Positions 25,514 through 30,804 of a DNA stretch of 30,804 nt are shown here, one piece after another. Each line of letters opens with the position of its first letter. Position 1 is the stretch's first letter. The notes beneath the pieces were generated by a model. That model was given only the letters and a program-made list of their open reading frames with translations. It had not been told where the DNA came from and ran no database searches. Origin of the DNA: a virus (lineage: Duplodnaviria; Caudoviricetes); the IMG/VR virus record IMGVR_UViG_3300047561_000230, positions 1 to 30,804 of that record; one strand, 5' to 3'. The translations under genes were made by a program, and so were the position numbers.

Positions 25514-27370
25514 TTAGTTGTAGGTCTCAGCCCATTGCTCTGCAAAGGCTTCATCTAAATTAATTCCGTATCTTTTATCTTTTTGTGCTCTGGTTGCCCA
25601 ACGGTTATTAGCAAACTTAGTAGCATAAGATGACTTCTGCATAAGTTCACGTACCTTAATAATGGCAAACCATAAAGCCATTACAGTATCGGTAGGGTTT
25701 TTGGTATCAGGTTTCCAAGTAATTAATTGCTGTACTAGGGACTTCAAGCCCTCAGAGCCTTCATTAGAAGGAAGTTCAATTAGATTATTATCTTGGAAAC
25801 GAGAATCTCTTGTGGTCCCAAACAATGCAGCCATAGAGGCTACACCAAAACTTGTGTCCCATTTGTTCTTACCTGTGAAGTGAGAGTTGAGGGTACATCC
25901 ATACTGAGCCAACCAGTTGCGTAGATCATCATCTAGGGCGTAAGCCTTCTGGTGGGCGTTAATTTCTATTCGGATCTCTTGGGGTTTGTATTTAATAACC
26001 CATTCTTCTATCAGATCCCTAATTCTTTGTGGTGTTGTGTCGGTCATATTAACACAATCTAAAACATATACTCTACCATCAGCGCGGTTGTAGGTAACTA
26101 CTACTGCTCCTGTGGCTCCTGCCATAGCAGGGTCGAGGCCGATAACGGTATAAGAGCCATCAATATGTTTTGGGTGGCCTGGTACTCCAGCCTTGAGAGG
26201 TCCTCTCTTTCGCATCCCATTGACACATCCTGCGACAACGGTGGGCGAGAAGATAGAGTCTTGTGTGACGTCCTCTTGTTGGTAGACCATAGCCCATACC
26301 GACGGAGCGACTTCAGACCTTCTAGTAAATAACGAGGGTCCATCCCACTTTGTATAGGATCCATCTTTGTGCGGCTCATCTTGTTCTCCCTCAGGCCTAT
26401 CTGTTCTTGGCCATAAGGTTTTCCAATTGGCAGGCTTCTCATCAAATTCTAATACTGCTGGTTGACTAAAGTAAGTAAACGGGGATTTACCACCAGTCCA
26501 TTGACCTGGGTCTCTAATCATCTTATAGAGGTCTATAGGTGCGACACGGGTTCCTACAATAAGTAATTTTCCGTGCCGACCCAGGCGGGTGATAACTTCT
26601 TTTTGAAGCCATTCAATTTGCTTCTCCCACTCGTGGGCGTTTGCGTTCATCACCACATCGTCTAGGATAATCAGATCGGCTCTTGCGCCATAGATCTGAG
26701 ATCCAAAACCTAATGCTTGTACTGTAGGGTCTTTCTCACCAGAATCTCGGCCAGTTCCCAGGTAGATCATATCAGCAGACCAAGTGTTAGAGTCAGCCTT
26801 GTATCCACCTTGTGGACCAAAGGCTACCTGTAACTTAGTCCAGTTAGGATGGCTAAGGCGGGTCTTGATGGCTGAAAGAAACTTTCGGGCCATACCCTGT
26901 GTTTTAGAAACTATAATGATTCTAACGTTAGGATCTACAGCAAGGCGGTAGGTAACGTAGTTAATTGTAAGTACTGTGGACTTGGCGTGTTCAGGGGGTA
27001 CGTTGATAAGTACACGATTAGAAGCACCCTGCTCGTAAGTCATAGATGGATGTAACCACCTAGGTTCTTTACCCTCTACTAGATCCACCCAGTCAAGGTG
27101 GTGTTCGTAAAGTTTGGTATCTAGGAACTCGGTACAGAAATCCTCAAAGGATATATTCTTAAGATCAGCAAGATCGGTCTTGATACCTTTAGCATCTAGC
27201 CTAGCCTTGTCAGCCTCGAGTTTAAAACTTGGCTCGGTAAGTGTCCATTGACGGAAGGCAGCCTCAGATCGGTCAACCGATTCCATTGCCATCTTAATCG
27301 TCTGTCCCAATTTAAGTTGGGTGAGGACCTTGTACTGGGCCTCCTCTTTGGTCAGGTTCTGCTTTGCCAT
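25514..27370 (-). CDS. terL: Terminase large subunit (618 aa)
   Basis: Walker A-like VPPEHAKST, Walker B GARADLIILDD, motif VGTR, nuclease motifs IGLDPA and DTVMALW. Confidence 0.93.
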   Translation of the reverse strand: MAKQNLTKEEAQYKVLTQLKLGQTIKMAMESVDRSEAAFRQWTLTEPSFKLEADKARLDAKGIKTDLADLKNISFEDFCTEFLDTKLYEHHLDWVDLVEGKEPRWLHPSMTYEQGASNRVLINVPPEHAKSTVLTINYVTYRLAVDPNVRIIIVSKTQGMARKFLSAIKTRLSHPNWTKLQVAFGPQGGYKADSNTWSADMIYLGTGRDSGEKDPTVQALGFGSQIYGARADLIILDDVVMNANAHEWEKQIEWLQKEVITRLGRHGKLLIVGTRVAPIDLYKMIRDPGQWTGGKSPFTYFSQPAVLEFDEKPANWKTLWPRTDRPEGEQDEPHKDGSYTKWDGPSLFTRRSEVAPSVWAMVYQQEDVTQDSIFSPTVVAGCVNGMRKRGPLKAGVPGHPKHIDGSYTVIGLDPAMAGATGAVVVTYNRADGRVYVLDCVNMTDTTPQRIRDLIEEWVIKYKPQEIRIEINAHQKAYALDDDLRNWLAQYGCTLNSHFTGKNKWDTSFGVASMAALFGTTRDSRFQDNNLIELPSNEGSEGLKSLVQQLITWKPDTKNPTDTVMALWFAIIKVRELMQKSSYATKFANNRWATRAQKDKRYGINLDEAFAEQWAETYN

Positions 27371-27675
27371 TTAACGCCCCTAAGACTAATCTAACGGTAG
27401 CCGTCTAACGGCATAGTATTCCCATTGTAGTTATGTTTTTATAAAAGTAGTATATATGAGTTGGCGGAATAAAAGGGAGCCAACTCCCTATATATGTATT
27501 TACTATTACATATATAGATAACCTGTGCATTACTTAAAAACGCACAACCTAGGGTGATATATTTTTTAAAGTAGTATATTATACATACTTAGGCCACCTA
27601 ACATATAGTTATTATTGGATACATATATATATACAAGCGCGTAAAAAAATACACTCTGGGTCAAACATTAACGCT

Positions 27676-27804
27676 CTACCTGAGATATAGACTACCTACT
27701 ACCCTAACTCTCTACCTTAGGTTTAGACTTATCTACCTGAGTGCTACCTGATAATTACCTGAGAATTAAAATTGGTAAATGCTAGGGCTAACTATCTACC
27801 TGAC
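27676..27804 (+). repeat. Array of short direct repeats, consensus CTACCTGA
   Basis: Copies start at 27676, 27692, 27712, 27733, 27744, 27755 and 27796. Confidence 0.8.
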
Positions 27805-27812
27805 CTTTAGGC

Positions 27813-27841
27813 TTGACTAATGGGGGGGAGTATGGTATAAG
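27813..27841 (+). promoter_or_regulatory. Early promoter P0 (sigmaA-like, imperfect -10)
   Basis: TTGACT-17-TATAAG with extended TG. Confidence 0.5.
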
Positions 27842-27887
27842 CATAGGCAGAACTCTCACCCTATACTTTAGGGTTATGGTTATTAGA

Positions 27888-27905
27888 GTGTGATACAACT
27901 CACAC
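27888..27905. promoter_or_regulatory. CRP/GlxR-type palindrome
   Basis: GTGTGA-TACAAC-TCACAC, a perfect TGTGA-N6-TCACA. Confidence 0.6.
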
Positions 27906-27925
27906 CGCGACACGCTGAAGGGTGT

Positions 27926-27954
27926 TTGACTATCGGAGAGTTATCCATTAGGGT
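27926..27954 (+). promoter_or_regulatory. Early promoter P1
   Basis: TTGACT-17-TAGGGT (TANNNT), followed after 6 nt by TACAACTAAATAAGG. Confidence 0.7.
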
Positions 27955-27983
27955 TTGTTTTACAACTAAATAAGGGGGTGAAT

Positions 27984-28193
27984 ATGAACGAAAGACTTAA
28001 TCAAGTCCTAGCAATTAGCGATATTAAATTATCGCAAGGCTTAGACCGCATAGGGGCAGACCTTACAAGGGCTGACCGCCTAGAGAGAGTGGCAGAGTTT
28101 AGAAATAAACTAGGCTTAGCATTAGTAGATTATGTTGTAGCCACTAAGCAGACCCGCCTAATCGGTAGTAAGCCTAGCCAGATATTAAGATAG
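27984..28193 (+). CDS. Early hypothetical protein (69 aa)
   Basis: ATG 27984 behind AAGGGGGTG, downstream of P1. Confidence 0.65.
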   Translation: MNERLNQVLAISDIKLSQGLDRIGADLTRADRLERVAEFRNKLGLALVDYVVATKQTRLIGSKPSQILR

Positions 28194-28202
28194 TGTTGGA
28201 GA

Positions 28203-28251
28203 GTGTCGCCCCTAGTAGGGGGTAATCCTAGTTCATAACTAGGCGACACGC
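28203..28251 (+). ncRNA. Mini-tRNA-like three-way junction element 1
   Basis: GTGTCGC/GCGACAC outer stem, CCCT-AGT-AGGG hairpin, CTAG-TTCATAA-CTAG arm. Confidence 0.5.
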
Positions 28252-28266
28252 TGAATAGATTATAGT

Positions 28267-28295
28267 TTGCTATTTTAGGATAATAGTGCTATAAT
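28267..28295 (+). promoter_or_regulatory. Early promoter P2
   Basis: TTGCTA-17-TATAAT with extended TG, followed after 6 nt by TACAACTAAATAAGG. Confidence 0.8.
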
Positions 28296-28315
28296 ATATT
28301 CTACAACTAAATAAG

Positions 28316-28415
28316 GATTAAGTAGGTAGTAAGTAGTTTAGAGAGATACGCCCCTAGTTATGAAGGCGGGTGCGCTTTCGGGATACTAACTAAACTACCC
28401 ACTACTTACTTAATC
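28316..28415 (+). ncRNA. Long-stem structured leader RNA
   Basis: 26-nt arms 28316-28341 and 28390-28415 pair with one G-U and two A-C mismatches, enclosing 48 nt with sub-hairpins. Confidence 0.65.
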
Positions 28416-28430
28416 AGAGAGTAGGAGATT

Positions 28431-28694
28431 ATGATAACTCAATTATCTAAATCACCTACTAGGGGAATACTAAAGCACGGCTTAGGCTCGCCTAGTTGGA
28501 GATTATCCGACACGGCTAAGGGTAAAGCGGTGAGAGTAGGGGTAAAGCGTAAGCGCGCCCCTAGATTAGCCCCTAGTGCGGTGGCTCAGATTATTAAGGC
28601 TCACTCTTTACAATTAGAGAGAGAGTTAGCGTTAGCAGATAGGCAAGCGGAGTTCTTAAAGCAACACGCTAAACCTGCTGAGCAGTATAACTAA
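28431..28694 (+). CDS. Early basic hypothetical protein (87 aa)
   Basis: AGGAG RBS; basic N-half and helical C-half. Confidence 0.7.
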   Translation: MITQLSKSPTRGILKHGLGSPSWRLSDTAKGKAVRVGVKRKRAPRLAPSAVAQIIKAHSLQLERELALADRQAEFLKQHAKPAEQYN

Positions 28695-28700
28695 AGATAA

Positions 28701-28752
28701 GTCGTAGGCGATAGGTTCGCTATGCTTAGGTTCATAACCTACTACGACACGC
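28701..28752 (+). ncRNA. Mini-tRNA-like three-way junction element 2
   Basis: GTCGTAG/CTACGAC outer stem, GCGA-TAGGT-TCGC hairpin, TAGG-TTCATAA-CCTA arm. Confidence 0.5.
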
Positions 28753-28766
28753 GATTAAGTCGGAGT

Positions 28767-28795
28767 TTGACTTATAGCCTTAAGTATGCTATACT
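28767..28795 (+). promoter_or_regulatory. Early promoter P3
   Basis: TTGACT-17-TATACT with extended TG. Confidence 0.82.
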
Positions 28796-28821
28796 TAAGT
28801 ATAAGTAAGGGAGTATGAATT

Positions 28822-28950
28822 ATGCCCCTAGTTAGGGATATGGTAAGGTTTAGCATTAGAGAATTAAATCTCTCTAAGATAGCCCCTACTAACGAGCAAG
28901 AGTGGGAGATAGTAAATAACTATCTTCTAGAAAATTGTAAGGAGAACTAA
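28822..28950 (+). CDS. Early micro-ORF (42 aa)
   Basis: MPLVRDMVRFSIRELNLSKIAPTNEQEWEIVNNYLLENCKEN; AAGGGAG RBS; TAATG coupling to the next ORF. Confidence 0.55.
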   Translation: MPLVRDMVRFSIRELNLSKIAPTNEQEWEIVNNYLLENCKEN

Positions 28951-29048
28951 TGGCAGATATATTAGGGCTAAGTAAGGCGGTAGGTATTAACCACCTATCT
29001 GATGATGAGTTAGATATAGTGGCAGATATACTTAAAGATTTTAAGTAG
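28950..29048 (+). CDS. Early micro-ORF (32 aa, acidic)
   Basis: MADILGLSKAVGINHLSDDELDIVADILKDFK; AAGGAG RBS. Confidence 0.65.
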   Translation: MADILGLSKAVGINHLSDDELDIVADILKDFK

Positions 29049-29052
29049 TGGC

Positions 29053-29081
29053 TTGACTATCCTTTAAGGGTGTGGTATCCT
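29053..29081 (+). promoter_or_regulatory. Early promoter P4
   Basis: TTGACT-17-TATCCT with extended TG; shares GGCTTGACTA and TGGTAT with P0. Confidence 0.7.
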
Positions 29082-29125
29082 TAGAGGGTAGCCTAATCAC
29101 TAATGGTTAGGAGAGATGAGAACTA

Positions 29126-29278
29126 ATGGAGATAATCCAAGAGTTTAGCATAGACGGCTACGCCACCTATCTAAGCGGGTATCTCGGTGAGATATGGCTA
29201 CCCCATAGAACGCTAATCATATTAGCGGTGGTGGCTATTACTCTAAGAGGTATCAAACTATTTAGAGAGCGTAGATAG
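29126..29278 (+). CDS. Early small membrane protein (50 aa)
   Basis: MEIIQEFSIDGYATYLSGYLGEIWLPHRTLIILAVVAITLRGIKLFRERR; one TM and a basic tail. Confidence 0.55.
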   Translation: MEIIQEFSIDGYATYLSGYLGEIWLPHRTLIILAVVAITLRGIKLFRERR

Positions 29279-29364
29279 TGAGAGAGTGTGAAGTCTGCGG
29301 AGATAAGCACAATTTATTGTGCGACTTTGTAGATGATAATATCTATGATGACTGGAGTAAATAA
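29278..29364 (+). CDS. Possible micro-ORF with CxxC..H...C (28 aa)
   Basis: GTG start overlapping the upstream TAG; MRECEVCGDKHNLLCDFVDDNIYDDWSK. Confidence 0.4.
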   Translation: MRECEVCGDKHNLLCDFVDDNIYDDWSK

Positions 29365-29365
29365 T

Positions 29366-29545
29366 ATGGATAGCGTAGTAGTAGAACTTACAAGAGATGA
29401 ACTAGAACTGATTAGGACTTCTCTTAGAACGCAAGCGAATTGGTATGATAGAGGCGACTTTAAGGGTATGGCTCTCTCTGCTGACTTGCTAAAGAATAAG
29501 ATAAGTGATATAATCATAGAAGTATCGGGCAAAGTAAGGAGTTGA
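29366..29545 (+). CDS. Early hypothetical protein (59 aa)
   Basis: GGAG RBS before ATG 29366; MDSVVVELTRDELELIRTSL... Confidence 0.65.
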   Translation: MDSVVVELTRDELELIRTSLRTQANWYDRGDFKGMALSADLLKNKISDIIIEVSGKVRS

Positions 29546-29546
29546 T

Positions 29547-30779
29547 ATGACTACTGGTATAGAGTGGCAAGAGTGCCACGCTTGTAATGGACACTATAAG
29601 CCTGACGATATGGTAGCCAATAGAGCAGGAGAACTATTGTGCGAGGACTGTCGGGTATATTGTGAGCGTTGCGAGGAGTATGAGTATGCTGATAACGCAA
29701 GGCATATAGAGGGTGTTGGTATGTATTGTGAAGTATGCGCAGATAACTACACCTATTGGTGTGAGGAGTGCGAGAATACTTACTCAGATAATCACTCTAG
29801 TTATGAAGTCGCAGACTTAGGCGTCTATTGGTGTGAGGACTGTTGCCAAAATAATGCTAACTGGTGTGAGAATTGTGAAGCGTATAATCGTAATGAGTGT
29901 GAGGGTTGTGAGGGTGGTGCTAGAATAAATAATTATTCTTACAAGCCTGACCCTATCTTTCACGGAGATAGTCTAAAGGGATTATACTTTGGGTTAGAGT
30001 TAGAGATGGAGATAAGCAACGATAAGCAAGAGTTAAACAAGGCAGTAGAATATGTAGCCAATAACTTAGAGAGAGATTGGATTTACTTAAAGCAAGATAG
30101 CAGTATCGGTGTTATGGACAATAGACAAGTCGGACCTGAGGGCTTTGAGTTAGTATCTCACCCCGCTTCACTTGACTATTGGAGTGAGCATAGTCAAAGG
30201 CTATGGGATACCTTAGACGGATTAAGAACTAGGCATAAGGCTAGAGCGTGGAACGCTAAGTCTAACTGCGGTATTCATATCCATATAAGTAGAGCAGGAT
30301 TTAAGGGTGGCGCACACACGCATAGGTTCTTATCATTAGTGTATAAGAACGCTAAGCATATGAAGCGGTTTGCTGGTAGGGACTGCGATAAGTATGCTAC
30401 CTTTACCGACTGTTGGAAGTTTGATGAGGACAATATACCTTATATGTCCTTCTCTGATAAGGTTAGTAGAGATAGATATGGAGTTAGTAGGACTGAGCGT
30501 ATGAGTGCGGTCAATACTATTAACGAACACACGATAGAGTTGCGGTTCTTTAGGGGAACGACACAACCTAAAGGAGTATTAGCAACGATAGAGTTAGCAC
30601 ACGCTATGGTAGAATATACCCGCGAACTAACCCTATCTGATGTTAAGTTAGGTATGCTAGAGTGGGAGTGGTTTGTAGATTATATCCAAGTTAATAATGG
30701 ATTATATCCTAACGCCTATGATAGACTACCTAAGTTAAGCAAGGTAGATATAAATAGACCTGAGTTAATCAATGCTTAG
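29547..30779 (+). CDS. Putative amidoligase (COOH-NH2 ligase, glutamine-synthetase/GCS fold) with N-terminal CxxC repeats (410 aa)
   Basis: Motifs FGLELEME, KQDSS, GFELVSHP, CGIHIHIS and TIELRFFRGT; eight CxxC in the first ~120 aa; AAGGAG RBS. Confidence 0.85.
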   Translation: MTTGIEWQECHACNGHYKPDDMVANRAGELLCEDCRVYCERCEEYEYADNARHIEGVGMYCEVCADNYTYWCEECENTYSDNHSSYEVADLGVYWCEDCCQNNANWCENCEAYNRNECEGCEGGARINNYSYKPDPIFHGDSLKGLYFGLELEMEISNDKQELNKAVEYVANNLERDWIYLKQDSSIGVMDNRQVGPEGFELVSHPASLDYWSEHSQRLWDTLDGLRTRHKARAWNAKSNCGIHIHISRAGFKGGAHTHRFLSLVYKNAKHMKRFAGRDCDKYATFTDCWKFDEDNIPYMSFSDKVSRDRYGVSRTERMSAVNTINEHTIELRFFRGTTQPKGVLATIELAHAMVEYTRELTLSDVKLGMLEWEWFVDYIQVNNGLYPNAYDRLPKLSKVDINRPELINA

Positions 30780-30793
30780 GAGAGGGGGTAAGT

Positions 30794-30804
30794 ATGTGTT
30801 TATT
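30794..30804 (+). CDS. 5' end of a gene starting Met-Cys-Leu, probably class II glutamine amidotransferase (truncated by window)
   Basis: GGGGG RBS then ATG TGT TTA. Cys at position 2 and adjacency to an amidoligase fit GATase II, but only three full codons are visible. Confidence 0.4.

Larger units (their letters stand above)
1..30804. mobile_element. Tailed phage genome segment (podovirus-like virion module plus early region), probably actinobacterial host
   Basis: Terminase, portal, scaffold, capsid, tail, endolysin and holin lie in one operon. There are no host housekeeping genes, integrase or tape measure gene. The host is inferred from the CHAP lysin, TANNNT promoters and GACAC/CRP-type motifs. 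Confidence 0.93.

Noticed and set aside
28203-28752. Calling the two elements true tRNA genes
   Set aside because: Each is only about 48 nt, with no anticodon arm, no A58 equivalent and no CCA.
27676-28900. CRISPR mini-array
   Set aside because: The repeats are only 8-15 nt, irregularly spaced, with no constant repeat-spacer period and no cas genes.
28999-29005. CTGATGA hammerhead ribozyme core
   Set aside because: It lies in a coding micro-ORF, with no suitably placed GAAA or flanking stems.
27650-30804. Stop-codon (TAG) reassignment suggested by the TAG-rich early region
   Set aside because: Long genes are open in the standard code, and TAG stops are followed by RBS/starts or structured elements.

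Overview
This is a 30.8-kb segment of a tailed dsDNA phage with podovirus-like gene content. It has no tape measure or sheath gene but does have putative tubular tail and large internal-virion genes. It resembles freshwater actinobacterial phages (inference from gene content and promoter motifs). From 27370 down to 226 the minus strand carries one tightly coupled late operon: large terminase, portal, an HslV/proteasome-beta-like Thr hydrolase, four putative internal virion proteins, scaffold, major capsid, small basic proteins, a glycosyltransferase, tail adaptor, tail fibre, a three-domain glycine-rich adhesin, tail nozzle, a membrane/secreted cassette, a SAM methyltransferase, CHAP endolysin, holin and a terminator. 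An AT-rich gap with phased CTACCTGA repeats (probable genome-end region) is followed by a divergent plus-strand early region. That region has five sigmaA-type promoters, tiny ORFs, a Cys-rich amidoligase and the first codons of a probable class II glutamine amidotransferase. The most novel-looking signals are non-coding: (i) two covarying mini-tRNA-like junctions right after early stop codons; (ii) a 26-bp-stem leader RNA whose exposed 12-nt loop is exactly complementary to one of those elements; (iii) CRP-box, CGACACGC and identical +1 leader motifs at early promoters; (iv) an H-type pseudoknot with a competing helix upstream of scaffold/capsid; (v) strongly regional GATC avoidance. All calls come from reading the sequence by eye; no searches were run.
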